Shown: positions 17,751-29,700, counted from the stretch's first letter. The stretch: DNA of 64,000 nt from Myxococcota bacterium (GCA_044344255.1 JBIJDH010000008.1:160001-224000), one strand, 5' to 3'. The notes: generated by a model from the letters alone, not told the origin. A program made the numbers and translations.

Positions 17751-19610
17751 TCAGGCCCCCGGAACAAAGATGAAGACGGTGGTGGTCTCGAGGATGATCT
17801 CATCGTCGGCCACGAGGTTGAAGGTGACCGGGTAGGTCTGGTCGGTCTCCTCCGATGACACCGTGCCCACGAAGGTGACGGTGAAGGTCACCTTCTCTCC
17901 GGAGTCCACGTCGTAGTAGGCCTCGGGATCGATGCTCTCGACCATGTTGTAGGGGTCATCGACCACCACGAGCTGCACCTTGTCGAAGTGTGCGTCCTGG
18001 ACGAGGCCATTGACGGCGTCGACCACCGCCTCGCGGAAGTCGGAGCTGGAGCCGTTCCAGGTGACCGCGGCCGCCTCGGTGGAGCCGTCGCCGTCCATGT
18101 CTCCGAAAGAGCCGGTGGACTCCGCCACATCGACGAGCTGGTTGTAGGGGTTGCCGCTCGTCGGGGCGTTCACGCCGATGCCGATGAACTTGGCGTTGAG
18201 CGCGGCCATCGCGGTGAGGGCGTCGGAGCGACCGGCGTCTTGCGGGCAGCCGCCGGGGGTGGGGTCACCCGAATCGGCGTCGCGGAGGGGGGCGTCGGTG
18301 GCGAGGATGAAGATCGGGAGCACGTCCTGGCGGAAGCCCATGCCGCCCTGATCGCCGGTGCCAGACACCGAAGCGTCGTAGGTGCCGGGCTCGGCGCCGC
18401 CAAAGGCGTCGCTGCCGTCAGAGATGAAGGGGTAGACGTCGGGGGTGGTGTCGTACTTGCCGTCGCAGTCCTGGTCGTAACCCTTACCCTCGGCGGCCTG
18501 GAGCAGCGCCTCGAAGGAGGACTCGGTGGTGTCGTCCCCGCTGTGGATGCCCACCGCGTTGAGCTTGGCCTGCACCACCGCCACGTCATCGGTCTGCTGC
18601 TGGCGGAGGAAGAAGGGCTTGTCCGAGCCCGAGCCGGTGCCCCCCGTCCAGTTGTAGTCGTCGTAGGTGACCACGCCGAAGGTGATGTCGGGGATGTCGG
18701 CGGTGAGCGTACCGGCGATGCTGGCGAACTCGTCGGCCATGGCCTGGGCGAGCCCGCTCATCGAGCAGGTGGTGTCGAGCAGGAAGGCGATGTCGGCCAG
18801 CTTGTACTCGACCTCATACTCGAGATCGAGGGGCAAGGTCTCCCCCGGGGTCACCTGGAGGCAGACGCCGTCGGCGTTCCCGATGCCGTCCTGGGTGGCC
18901 ATCTTGGTGCCGGAGGGGTCATTGCTCTCGACGTAGAGGGCGCCCACGTAGCTGTGCTCGACCAGCGGCGTGAAGCTGACGTCCACGACGACGCCGTCAC
19001 CGGGCTCGATGTCGATGGGCAGCGTCGGGACGTTCTCGACGGCGAAGCCCTCCCCGATCTCGGTGATGGTGTCGATGGTGAGCGTCGCCGTGCCCACGTT
19101 CGACAGCGTGACGGGGATGGAGTCTGAACACTGGAGCGCCAGCACCCCGAAGTCCCAGGCGTTGGGATCGATCTGCAGGCGGGGGGAGCCGGCGGTGCCG
19201 AGCAGCTCGACCGGGGCCTCGGGGGAGTCGGGGTCGTTCGACACGACCCAGGCCATGCCGCTGTCCTCCGCGGTGGTGGGCGTGTAGGCGACGTCGATGT
19301 TCGTGCTCAGGCCCGACTCGAGCGAGAACGCGAGGGGGGTGGTGACCACGGTGAAGGCGCCGGAGCCGCTCAGCCGCACATCGTCGACGATCAGCGTCGC
19401 GTCACCCTGATTGGTGACCGTGAAGGTCTGGGTCACCAGATCACCGTAGGGGACGAGCTCGTAGAGGAGCTGGCTCGGCTCGACCAGCACGTCCGGCTCG
19501 TTCGCCCCACCAAAGCCACCCTTGAAGCCCTGGTCTGGCGCGCACGCCACCGCACCCAGCGCCGCACCGGCGGCCAGCCAGCCGCGCGCCACACGCAGGC
19601 CATTGGCCAC
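17751..19610 (-). CDS. Lipoprotein with two ASH/choice-of-anchor-D Ig-like domains and a VWA domain
   Basis: Lipobox-like AVAC; TFTVTNQGDATL..SNDPDSP repeated; DIAFLLDTTCSMS MIDAS-like motif and ILATDAP. Start uncertain (GTG 19610). Confidence 0.82.
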   Translation of the reverse strand: MANGLRVARGWLAAGAALGAVACAPDQGFKGGFGGANEPDVLVEPSQLLYELVPYGDLVTQTFTVTNQGDATLIVDDVRLSGSGAFTVVTTPLAFSLESGLSTNIDVAYTPTTAEDSGMAWVVSNDPDSPEAPVELLGTAGSPRLQIDPNAWDFGVLALQCSDSIPVTLSNVGTATLTIDTITEIGEGFAVENVPTLPIDIEPGDGVVVDVSFTPLVEHSYVGALYVESNDPSGTKMATQDGIGNADGVCLQVTPGETLPLDLEYEVEYKLADIAFLLDTTCSMSGLAQAMADEFASIAGTLTADIPDITFGVVTYDDYNWTGGTGSGSDKPFFLRQQQTDDVAVVQAKLNAVGIHSGDDTTESSFEALLQAAEGKGYDQDCDGKYDTTPDVYPFISDGSDAFGGAEPGTYDASVSGTGDQGGMGFRQDVLPIFILATDAPLRDADSGDPTPGGCPQDAGRSDALTAMAALNAKFIGIGVNAPTSGNPYNQLVDVAESTGSFGDMDGDGSTEAAAVTWNGSSSDFREAVVDAVNGLVQDAHFDKVQLVVVDDPYNMVESIDPEAYYDVDSGEKVTFTVTFVGTVSSEETDQTYPVTFNLVADDEIILETTTVFIFVPGA

Positions 19611-19813
19611 GGAAGGGACTGGGCCCGGCGAAGAAGAGCGGGGAGGAGATGGGAAGAGAGAATGGAAGCGCAAAGCGACTCTCCGACGACGTCCGACGTT
19701 CCGAGGATGGTACCCGGCCGCGGGGGCGTCCGCCATCGCCGCGCTCGAGCCTTGACCAAGATGTCCTCCCCCGGAGGCGGCGGGTTAGCGGGCCGAGCCC
19801 TCCCGGAGACCCC

Positions 19814-20884
19814 ATGTCCACCCTCGCCTCCCTGCTCGAAGGCTTTGATCCCGACGCCGCCGCCGTGGAGGGCGCCCTCTTCGGCCTCCCCTTCCCCGCC
19901 GAGCGCTGTCGGGTCCAGGTGATCCCCGTGCCCTGGGAGGCCACGACCTCCTACGGTCGCGGCACCGCCCACGGCCCGAGCGTGGTGCTCCAGGCCAGCG
20001 CCCAGGTCGACCTCCACGACCTCGACTTCGGGGACGTTTGGCGCGAGGGCATCGGGCTCCTCCCGACCGACCCCCGCATCCCCGAGGCCGCCGCCGCCGC
20101 AGAGGACGACGCCCTCGCCGTCATCGACTCCGGCGGCGCCGAGCCCGAGCTGGCCGCCAAGGTCAACGCCTGGTCGGAGGTGGTCAACGACGCGGTGTAT
20201 GAGGCGGCCCAGGCGGTGCTCGCCCGAGGCGCGATCCCGGCCGTGCTCGGCGGTGATCACAGCGCCCCCTACGGCCTCATCCGCGCCCTCTCCGAGCGCC
20301 ACCCGGGCCTCGGCGTGCTCCACATCGACGCCCACGCCGACCTCCGCGACGCCTACGAGGGCTTCGAGTGGAGCCACGCCTCGATCTTCCACAACGTGCT
20401 GAAGCTGCCCGGTGTGAGCCGGCAGGTCGGCGTGGGCTGGCGGGACGTCGGCCGGGCGGAGATCGATCGGGTCCACGCCGAGCCGCACCGCATCCGCGCC
20501 TTCTTGGACCGCGACCTCGCCTTCGAGCTGGCGCGGGGGCGCACCTGGGTGGAGCTCTGCCAGCGCATCATCGACGCCCTGCCCGAGCAGGTCTATGTCA
20601 GCTTCGACATTGACGGCCTCGACCCCTCCCTCTGCCCGCACACGGGCACGCCGGTCCCCGGCGGGCTGTCCTTCCGCGACATGCAGGTCCTCCTCTGCAT
20701 GCTCTCCGACCAGCGCGAGGTGGTGGGCTTCGACCTCTGCGAGGTCTCCCCGGGCGAAGGCGCGCTCGACGAGCGGGAGGACTGGGACGCCAACGTCGGC
20801 GCCCGCGTGCTCTACAAGCTCGCCGGCTGCGCCCTCCGCTCGCGGACGGTCGAGCTCCGTGCCCCCGCCGGAGCCGCGGGATAA
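19814..20884 (+). CDS. Agmatinase/arginase (ureohydrolase) family protein
   Basis: GGDHS, HIDAHADL and SFDIDGLDP..P.TGTPVPGG motifs. Confidence 0.92.
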   Translation: MSTLASLLEGFDPDAAAVEGALFGLPFPAERCRVQVIPVPWEATTSYGRGTAHGPSVVLQASAQVDLHDLDFGDVWREGIGLLPTDPRIPEAAAAAEDDALAVIDSGGAEPELAAKVNAWSEVVNDAVYEAAQAVLARGAIPAVLGGDHSAPYGLIRALSERHPGLGVLHIDAHADLRDAYEGFEWSHASIFHNVLKLPGVSRQVGVGWRDVGRAEIDRVHAEPHRIRAFLDRDLAFELARGRTWVELCQRIIDALPEQVYVSFDIDGLDPSLCPHTGTPVPGGLSFRDMQVLLCMLSDQREVVGFDLCEVSPGEGALDEREDWDANVGARVLYKLAGCALRSRTVELRAPAGAAG

Positions 20885-20903
20885 ACCGCGGGCTCTGCGC
20901 CCG

Positions 20904-20970
20904 CCCCCTCCTGGTCCCCCCCTCCTGGTCCCCCCCCCTCCTGGTCCCCCCCTCCTGGTCCCCCCCCCTC
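20904..20970. repeat. C-rich tandem repeat (C5-9 runs separated by TCCTGGT; exact 30-bp duplication)
   Basis: C5-TCCTGGT-C7-TCCTGGT-C9-TCCTGGT-C7-TCCTGGT-C9; 20909-20938 is identical to 20939-20968. Confidence 0.92.
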
Positions 20971-20985
20971 AGGCCCGCGTGACCC

Positions 20986-22412
<1,427 letters not shown>

Positions 22413-22416
<4 letters not shown>

Positions 22417-23408
22417 GCTGGGCCCGCGTCGGGCTGCTCGTCCCCTCCGCGCCGGGGGGCCTCGCGCGGCCCCCGGAGGCGCTCCCCCTTGGCCGGGCCG
22501 CGCTGCAGCTCGCCGCGGAGGGGATCGAGGTCCTGCTCGGGGAGAGGCTCGAGGGCGGGCGGATGAGCGGCCACCTCGCCAGCGTTGGCGCCTGGGAGCC
22601 CGTATTCGAGCGGCCGATCGACGCCCTCTGTGACCGCTTCCCCTCCCAGGGGCGTTCGGCGGTCTGGGCGGCGGCGATCGGCGGCGCCGGCGCCCTGCCC
22701 TTCGGCAATCCGCCCTCTTTCACGGAGCTGTGCCGCGATAAGCTCGTGGCACAGCGGGTCCTCGAGGCGAGCGGGGTGGAGATGCCTGCGGTCGAGGCGG
22801 ACCCGGCTCGCTTCCGGGAGCGCCTCGCCGAGTGGGGCGCCGCCTTCCTCAAGCCCCGCTACGGCTCGCTTGGGGCCGGGGTCCGGCGGGTGACGGTCGG
22901 GGACGCGCTCCCGGCCATCGTCGAGGGGCTGCAGGGGCTCGAGCCGGCGCTGCTGCAGCGGGCCGTGCCGCCCCCCGCGGGCCTCGCCGGCTGCGTGATC
23001 CGCCTCCTCCTCCAGCGCGAGCCCGACGGCGCCTGGGTGGCCCTCCCGCCGGTGATCCGCAGCAGCACTGAAGATCCGGTGGTCAACGTCGCTCGGGGGG
23101 CGACGGTCTCCGCCTCGCTCCCCGCCCACGCGGCGCTGGCGCTCGAGGTGGCGGGCCGCCGGCTCTCCCAGGCCCTCGATCGCCTGGCCGACGCCGCCTG
23201 GATCGTCGAGGTGGGGGCCGACCTCTGCCTCGACCCCGACGGCGAGCCCCACCTCATCGAGCTCAACGGCCGGCCGCGGGGGCGCCTCGCCGAGCTCGCC
23301 AAGCTCGACCCCGGGCGCTTTCAGGCGGCGCACGAGGCGGCGCTGCTGCGGCCCCTCCGACGGATGGCGGCGCTCGGGACACCGATCCAACCTTCATCCA
23401 TCACCTGA
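22413..23408 (+). CDS. ATP-grasp protein (YheC/YheD-like)
   Basis: [27 protein letters not shown] and [15 protein letters not shown] motifs. The frame stays open upstream of ATG 22563 to a CTG overlapping the asnS stop. Confidence 0.8.
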
Positions 23409-23478
23409 GATCGGGTCTTGTCAGGTCGAGGGCGATCACGGTAGGCTCCGGCCGGGCTGTCCTGCCCGGGAGCCGCCG

Positions 23479-24180
23479 ATGCTGATCCCCTCACTGCTGT
23501 CGCCGCTGCTGTCACTCTGGCTCCTCGCCCCCTCCGCCGCGGCCGCCGAGCCCACGCCCGACCGCCCGAGCATCTCGCGCTCGGGCTTCCTCGCCGCGGC
23601 CAACACCCTCGAGATGGAGGTCGGCGGCCGCTGGCAGGACGGGGCGCGGTCGGTGCCCTCCACCTTCAAGGTGAGCTTTGGGAGCGTCGAGCCTCGGCTC
23701 GGCTTCAACCTCGCCGGCCTCGACACCGAGCAGCTCGGCCTGAACGCCGGGGCCAAGTTTCGCTTTGGAGACAACCCGAAGGCGGGCATCGCCGGCTACG
23801 TCGCCACCGCCGTGCCCACCCACTCCGGAGAGGCCTGGTGGGCCACCGCGCAGGTGCTCGCCACCGGGCGCTTTGACTCCGGCCGCTCGCTCCAAGGCAA
23901 CGGCGGCCTGCTCGTGGGCGCCGCCAACGACGAGCTGGCGCTGATCGGGGTCCCACTCTCGGTGCTGCTCGACCAGCCGGTCACGCGGCACACCGGCGTC
24001 TTCGGCGAGCTCGGCTGTGTGCTCGATCAGGGGCTCCAGAACTGGGTGATCGACCTCGGCGCCCACTGGGCTCCGACCAACGCGATGGTGGCCGACATCG
24101 GCGCCGGCTGGGACCTCGGCGTCGAGGCCCCCTTCGTTCAGCTCGGCCTCACCGGCAACCTCGGCAAGTTCAAGCGGTAG
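23479..24180 (+). CDS. Secreted/outer-membrane beta-barrel protein (MetA-pathway phenol-degradation-like transporter family)
   Basis: Signal peptide, PDRPS N-terminal motif and alternating amphipathic strands. Confidence 0.6.
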   Translation: MLIPSLLSPLLSLWLLAPSAAAAEPTPDRPSISRSGFLAAANTLEMEVGGRWQDGARSVPSTFKVSFGSVEPRLGFNLAGLDTEQLGLNAGAKFRFGDNPKAGIAGYVATAVPTHSGEAWWATAQVLATGRFDSGRSLQGNGGLLVGAANDELALIGVPLSVLLDQPVTRHTGVFGELGCVLDQGLQNWVIDLGAHWAPTNAMVADIGAGWDLGVEAPFVQLGLTGNLGKFKR

Positions 24181-24195
24181 CGCGACCCGCCCCCC

Positions 24196-27100
24196 TCAGG
24201 CCCTCGGCCGCGGCGCCCGGGAGAGGCCGCGGGCGGCGGCGGCGCGCGGGAGATCGCCCGCCTGCTCGGCGATCCCCGCCGCGAAGTCCAACATCTCCCG
24301 GCTGTCGGCGTCGAGCTCGGTGCGCCGCAGGTCGGCCTGGGCCGCGACGAGCAGGCGGTCGAAGGTGCGCCACTGCCCCCGGACCGCGGCGACGGCGGCC
24401 TCGCAGACATAGGCGGCGAGCAGCCTCCCGCCCCGCGCCTCCTCCAACAGGGAGCGGAGGAGCGCTCGGCTCTGGTCGTTCGCCTCCGCACCCTTGCCCT
24501 GGCGGAGCAGCACACCGACGAGGTGGAAGGCGGCGGCGTCGGAGCCAGGGGCGCCGAGGTCACGGAAGCGGTCGAGGGCCGCGCGGTAGTGTGCCTCCGC
24601 GGTGGGGAGATCGCCGGAGAGCCGCGCCACGTCGCCCAGGCCCACCCGGGCGTGGGCGGGCTCCTGGCTGCGGATGCTCTGAGAGAAGCCCGCCTCGGCC
24701 GCCCGCAGGTGCGCCTCGAAGGGGAGGCCGGCGCGGTGGCAGAGGCGGGCCAGCGCCACCTCCGCCGTCGCCCGCCCGAAGGGCTCGTCCTCGAAGGCCT
24801 GGACCGCCACCTCGAGCGGGGGCCGCGCGCGGTCGTCCTCTCCGAGCTCTGCGAGCAGCAGGCCCTGATCCCGGAGGCACCAGGCGCGGGCCGGGGGGTC
24901 CTGGGCGAGCTCGGTGGCCTCGAGCAGCGCGCCCAGGGCCGCCCGCCGACGGCCGGCGTGCCAGTCGAGCCGGCTCCGCTCGCGGAGCGCCTCGACGAGG
25001 AGGTCACCTTGACCGCTGGCGCGGGCGTCCCGCTCGGCCTCCTCGGTGAGGCGCCGAGCCCGGTCGAGGGCGCCGCGGCGCCGGGCCACCCGGGCCCCCA
25101 TGATCGCGCCCTCGACGCGCCGACGATCGAGCGGGGGCAGGCCGAGGCGGTCGAGCAGCTCCTCCCGCTCGGCCAGGGCCACCTCCGCGGCCTGGTACTC
25201 GCTGTCCCGCACGCACTGCCAGGCGCCGCGGCTGAGCGGCTCCAGGGCCTCCTCGAAGGCGCCCACGAGGCGGAGGTGACGCCCGAGGCGCAGGGCAAGG
25301 GCTGGGTTGCGCTCGAGGCGGGGCCGCAGCATGTCGGCCGCCGCCTGGTGCCAGCGCGCCGAGCGCTGACCGGCCTCCGCCTCCCGAAGCACGCTCTCCC
25401 GCAGCATCGCGTGGATGAAGGACCACTGCCCCTCCCCCTCGGACTGCACGAGGCCGCGCGAGAGCAAGGCCTCCATGAGCCGCGGGCTGGCCCAGGCCCC
25501 GACCGCGCGGCAAGCGACGGCCCACTCCGCTCGATCCACCGACATGCCAAGGGTGGCCGCCACCTCGACGGCCTCCCGCTCGCCGCGCTCCATCCCCTCG
25601 AGGGCCGCGCCGAGGCGCTGCTGCCAGAGGCTGTGCAGATCGTCGGGGAGCTCGGCCGAGGCGCCATCGCGCAGCCGAAAGCCCGTCTCGCCAGGGACGA
25701 GGAGGCCCCGCTGCACCCAGTCCCCCACGAGCTGCACGGCGAAGAGCGGGTTCCCACCGGTGCGCTGCTCGATGTCCCGCGCGAGGTCTCCTTCGACACG
25801 GAGGTGCTCGCGGATGAGGGTCTGTCGCCAGCCGGGCGCCAGCGGCCCCACCTCGATCCGGCGCGCCAGGGGCGTGGACAGCAGCGCCGCGAGCTGCTGA
25901 TCGGCCGCCGACTCGGGGGTGAGCTCCCGGGCGGTGAGCAAGAAGAGCACCGGGCAGCGTCCGAAGGCCTCGCGAGAGACAAAGTGGCGAATGAAAGCGA
26001 GGGAGTCCAACCCCCACTGGACATCGTCGAGCCGCACCACGATCGGGCGCCGCGCCGCGCAGGCCAGGAGCAGCCGGCGGGTCGCCGCGTACCGCTCGAC
26101 AGCGCTGGCGAAGGGCCGAGCCCGCTGCCCCTCGGCGGTGGTGAGGGCCAGAGCCTCGGCGAGGAGCGGCTCCTCGATCGGGCCGAGCTCGTCGCGGAGC
26201 TGCTCCCGCGCTTCCTCGAGGCCGAGCCCCGTCACCCGCAGCCAGCGCCCCAGCGCCGGTCCGAGGCCATCGGCGGCGGCGGCGCGCTGGCCGTGCACGC
26301 CCTCGACCACGTCGGCGACACCAAGCTCGTGGAGGCGCTCTCCCAGCCAACGGGCGAGGCTCGTCTTGCCGCAGCCAGCCGGCCCTTGCAGCAGGACGAT
26401 GCCCCCCGCGCCGCGGTCGAGGTCGAGGGCGGACTCCCAGAGGCCCCGCTGCGCCGCCTCCCGCCCGACCACCGGCAGGCGCCGGAGGCCGAAGAGGCCG
26501 AGGCCCGCCCCGACGAGGCGCATCGAGGGCCGCCGGCGCTCCCCAGCGGCGGGCGAGGAGGGGAGGGGTCGGCGCCACCCTGTCGCAGCTGCCCCCGGGG
26601 GCCCGATGTGGGAGAGGGCCCCGGCGGCGTCTGCGGCGCGCTGAAAGCGGTGGGCGGGGTCCTTCGCGAGCATCCGCCCGAGCCAGGCCTGGAGCCCCTC
26701 CGGCACCGCCGCCCGAGCGACGTCCGGAGAGGCGGCCGGGAGGGACGAGGGGGGCAAGGGGAACAAGGGAGGCAACGGGGCGTGGAGCTGGGCCTCCAGC
26801 AGCGCCTCGATCGACCGCCCCCGCCCGAAGGGGGGCTGTCCGGTCACCAGGGCCCAGCCGACCGCCCCGAGGGAGTAGAGGTCAGACCAGGGTCCGTACC
26901 GCCCCGCCTGTCCGCGGACCTGCTCGGGGGGCATGTACGCGGCGGTGCCCACGCCGGGGCCCAGGACCTCGGGATCGGTGAGCTCGCCGTGTGTGGTGGC
27001 GAGCCCGAAGTCGAGCAGGACGGCGCGATCGGCCGCCACGACGATGTTCCCGGGCTTTATGTCGCGGTGCAGCACGCCCCGCGCGTGGGCGTGCGCCAAG

Positions 27101-27549
27101 CCAGCCAGCAGCCCCTGGAGGATCTGCTCCACCCTCCCCCAGTCGAGGCGACCGGTCAGCCCGAGCAGCCCTCGCCCCTCGATGAGCTCCATCGCCAGCC
27201 AGGGGCTGCCCACAGGGAAGCCGCTCGCGGGATCGAGCTCAGCCTCGCGCTCGGTGATCTCGCCGTAGTCCAACACCGTGACGATGTTGGGGTGGTCGAG
27301 CCGGGCCATGGCCCGAACCTCGGCCCGAAAGCGCTCGAGGAACCAAGGGTCACCGGCGAAGGTAGAGTGCACCACCTTGATCGCCACCGGCACCTGCTCG
27401 CGGCGGTGCAGGCCTCTCCAGACCGCGCCCATCCCTCCCTGCCCCAGCGGCTCATCGAGGCTGAAGGGGCCCACCTCCACCGGTCGGGCAGCGCGCACCA
27501 GGGGCCTCCGCCAAGCGGCACAAGAGAGGAGGAGCAAGGGCGAAGCCAA
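24196..27549 (-). CDS. Ser/Thr protein kinase fused to a STAND-type AAA ATPase and TPR-like repeats
   Basis: GQGGMG, HRDIKPGN and DFG motifs; Walker A GPAGCGKT, LDDVQW and GGNPLF; helical repeats. Start uncertain. Confidence 0.92.
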   Translation of the reverse strand: MASPLLLLSCAAWRRPLVRAARPVEVGPFSLDEPLGQGGMGAVWRGLHRREQVPVAIKVVHSTFAGDPWFLERFRAEVRAMARLDHPNIVTVLDYGEITEREAELDPASGFPVGSPWLAMELIEGRGLLGLTGRLDWGRVEQILQGLLAGLAHAHARGVLHRDIKPGNIVVAADRAVLLDFGLATTHGELTDPEVLGPGVGTAAYMPPEQVRGQAGRYGPWSDLYSLGAVGWALVTGQPPFGRGRSIEALLEAQLHAPLPPLFPLPPSSLPAASPDVARAAVPEGLQAWLGRMLAKDPAHRFQRAADAAGALSHIGPPGAAATGWRRPLPSSPAAGERRRPSMRLVGAGLGLFGLRRLPVVGREAAQRGLWESALDLDRGAGGIVLLQGPAGCGKTSLARWLGERLHELGVADVVEGVHGQRAAAADGLGPALGRWLRVTGLGLEEAREQLRDELGPIEEPLLAEALALTTAEGQRARPFASAVERYAATRRLLLACAARRPIVVRLDDVQWGLDSLAFIRHFVSREAFGRCPVLFLLTARELTPESAADQQLAALLSTPLARRIEVGPLAPGWRQTLIREHLRVEGDLARDIEQRTGGNPLFAVQLVGDWVQRGLLVPGETGFRLRDGASAELPDDLHSLWQQRLGAALEGMERGEREAVEVAATLGMSVDRAEWAVACRAVGAWASPRLMEALLSRGLVQSEGEGQWSFIHAMLRESVLREAEAGQRSARWHQAAADMLRPRLERNPALALRLGRHLRLVGAFEEALEPLSRGAWQCVRDSEYQAAEVALAEREELLDRLGLPPLDRRRVEGAIMGARVARRRGALDRARRLTEEAERDARASGQGDLLVEALRERSRLDWHAGRRRAALGALLEATELAQDPPARAWCLRDQGLLLAELGEDDRARPPLEVAVQAFEDEPFGRATAEVALARLCHRAGLPFEAHLRAAEAGFSQSIRSQEPAHARVGLGDVARLSGDLPTAEAHYRAALDRFRDLGAPGSDAAAFHLVGVLLRQGKGAEANDQSRALLRSLLEEARGGRLLAAYVCEAAVAAVRGQWRTFDRLLVAAQADLRRTELDADSREMLDFAAGIAEQAGDLPRAAAARGLSRAPRPRA

Positions 27550-27637
27550 GGGGTGCTGGGAGCGGTTCGACGCTCATCGCCCGAGGCGGGTATCTTAGGG
27601 TTAGAAGACCAGCGCAGCGCGAATATCGCCTCTGCGC

Positions 27638-29437
27638 TCAGACGACCAGGGCCCGCGCGAGGTCCTCCATTCGGCGCCCCTGCCAGCGGCGGCGCCAGCC
27701 GCTCCCGGGGTCTCTCCAGCGAGCGATGCGGGCGGTGAACCAGTCGGCGTAGGGGTAGCGCTCCCCGCGCGGCTGGCGGATGTGGGAGATGAGCCCGTCG
27801 AGCCGGTCCAAGCGCCCCGAGATCACGGCCAGGCCGGCGTAGAGATCGTGGAGGCGGACGCTCGGCGGGGAGGTGGGGTGCTCGCGCTTGAGCGCTCGGT
27901 CATGGACGATCCCGATGCGGAGCAAGAGCTCGACCTCGTCTACGAGGGTGCGCAGATCGAGGCCGGCCGCGAGGGTCGTGCCGACCCGCCGCGCGATCTC
28001 CGCCTCACAAAAGGCCCCAGCCCGCGCGAGCCGCAGGTGGGAGCCCTCCTGGGACGGGGGCGCCCAGCCCTCCACGAGCTCACCGAGCTCAGCCTCGGTC
28101 AGCGGACGCAGACGGTCGACGCGCAGGGCGCCTGCTCCCCGGGGGCCACCGCTGGCCTCGAGCAAGACCCGCTCCACCGCCCCCTTCGGGCTGAGGCGCT
28201 CCAGGACGGCGTGGATCACCGCCGGGCCCTCGCCCGCGCGTCGGTAGAGGCCGGGAGCGAGCGAGACGACGAGGTCGTTGTGGCGGTCTGGGCGCCGCGG
28301 CGCCCCGCGCGGAGGGGGGAGCAAGAGCGAGACAGGGGGGTCGCTGGCCCCGGCGCCGTCTGCCGCTTGGACGTTCGGCGATCGGCGGACGAGCAGCCAG
28401 GCCAAGCCGCCGAGGGCCCCGGAGACGAACACCGCCAGCAGATCCCGGCGCCCCTCCGAAGCGGTGGGCTCGACGGGGAGGGTGTCGGGGACCACCGCGG
28501 GGCCGGTCCACCACCGGAGGAGCGAGAAGACCACGAGCATGGCGGCGCCCGCGTGCGCGAGCTGCACCACCGGCCCATGCAGATCCACGTGGAGATCGAC
28601 AACGTCGAGCGAAGCGAAGGGGAGGATCGCCAGCGACGCCCGCTGACCGACCGACAGCAGACCGAGCACGAGGCCGCCCACGACCAGGGGAGGCAGCGCC
28701 TCCCGGCGCAGATGGCGCTGCCAGCCGAGGGCCGAGCGCAGCGCGGCGGCGCTGACCTTCGCGCCGTCCGCCGACGGCAGGGGGGCCAGCCACCAGCTGC
28801 CGTTCACCGCCGCCCCGGCGAGCAGGTACGGCCGCTCCCCCTCGGGAGCGCGCCGCAAGATCCGGCTCATCAGGCCGAGGATGTTCCGCCGACGCCGATC
28901 GAAGAGCAAGAGGACCCCCGCCGCCGAGGCCCCCCAGAGGGCGCCGACCAGGGAGGAGGGGATCGCGATGTCACGGCCGCCGAGCGACAGGAAGCTGAGA
29001 TCGTCCTGGGTTCGCCCGAAGGCGGCCAACCGGGCCGCGTAGGACTCATCGAGGGCTCGGAGGCGGGCGACCCGATCCTGCCGCGTCGCCAAGACCCCGG
29101 CGGGCTCCTCCGGAGGCGCCGTGAGGGGGCGGCGCTCCCCGTTCACCCTCGCTTGCCTCGCCGCGACCTCGGCCGGCGCACGCTGTGCCGCCCAGCGGCG
29201 AGCGGCCACCTCGTTCGCGGCGGTGGCGCGCTCGATCTCGCGCTGCGACCGCGCCCACTCGGCCACGACCGCCGCCCGCTCCGAGCGCAGCTCCCCCGCA
29301 TGGCGGAAGTTCGGGACCACGAGGGTGATGAAGGCGACGCCGAGCGCAGACCCGGCCAGCCAGATGAAGCGGCGTGTGCCCTCGAGCAGGGCCGCGAGCT
29401 CCTCGGATTGGGCCTTCAGCACCGGATCTTCGGACAC
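27638..29437 (-). CDS. Hypothetical membrane protein
   Basis: 599-aa ORF with 5-6 hydrophobic segments and a coiled-coil N-region; GGAGG RBS before GTG. No recognised family. Confidence 0.6.
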   Translation of the reverse strand: MSEDPVLKAQSEELAALLEGTRRFIWLAGSALGVAFITLVVPNFRHAGELRSERAAVVAEWARSQREIERATAANEVAARRWAAQRAPAEVAARQARVNGERRPLTAPPEEPAGVLATRQDRVARLRALDESYAARLAAFGRTQDDLSFLSLGGRDIAIPSSLVGALWGASAAGVLLLFDRRRRNILGLMSRILRRAPEGERPYLLAGAAVNGSWWLAPLPSADGAKVSAAALRSALGWQRHLRREALPPLVVGGLVLGLLSVGQRASLAILPFASLDVVDLHVDLHGPVVQLAHAGAAMLVVFSLLRWWTGPAVVPDTLPVEPTASEGRRDLLAVFVSGALGGLAWLLVRRSPNVQAADGAGASDPPVSLLLPPPRGAPRRPDRHNDLVVSLAPGLYRRAGEGPAVIHAVLERLSPKGAVERVLLEASGGPRGAGALRVDRLRPLTEAELGELVEGWAPPSQEGSHLRLARAGAFCEAEIARRVGTTLAAGLDLRTLVDEVELLLRIGIVHDRALKREHPTSPPSVRLHDLYAGLAVISGRLDRLDGLISHIRQPRGERYPYADWFTARIARWRDPGSGWRRRWQGRRMEDLARALVV

Positions 29438-29555
29438 GATCGCCTCCCGGAGTCAAACGCTCCGCCTCCGCACCGTAGCACGCGACCACGGCGCGCAGCG
29501 GGGGAGGGCCGTGGTTCCAGGACGAGGGGCCCCAGAACGAGAGGATCCGAAACGA

Positions 29556-29579
29556 CAAAACCCCGCCGATTGGGCGGGG
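29556..29579 (-). terminator. Rho-independent terminator of the tRNA cluster
   Basis: Minus strand CCCCGCC-caatc-GGCGGGG-TTTTG, about 45 nt after tRNA-Arg. Confidence 0.8.
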
Positions 29580-29623
29580 ATCAGTGTCCAGATGTGTATA
29601 CATCCGGAAGAAAAAACCAAAAA

Positions 29624-29700
29624 TGGCGCACCCAAAGGGAGTCGAACCCCTAACCTTCGGATCCGTAGTCCGACGCTCTATCCAATTGAGCTATGGGTGC
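29624..29700 (-). tRNA. tRNA-Arg(ACG)
   Basis: GCACCCATAGCTCAATTGGATAGAGCGTCGGACT-ACG-GATCCGAAGGTTAGGGGTTCGACTCCCTTTGGGTGCGCCA; full cloverleaf with CCA. Confidence 0.98.

Noticed and set aside
20904..20970. CRISPR array interpretation of the tandem repeats (also 41701, 52247, 54702)
   Set aside because: No unique spacers, units are too short, and there are no cas genes.
24196..29623. tRNA-anchored genomic island
   Set aside because: No integrase, no duplicated tRNA 3' end and no compositional shift.
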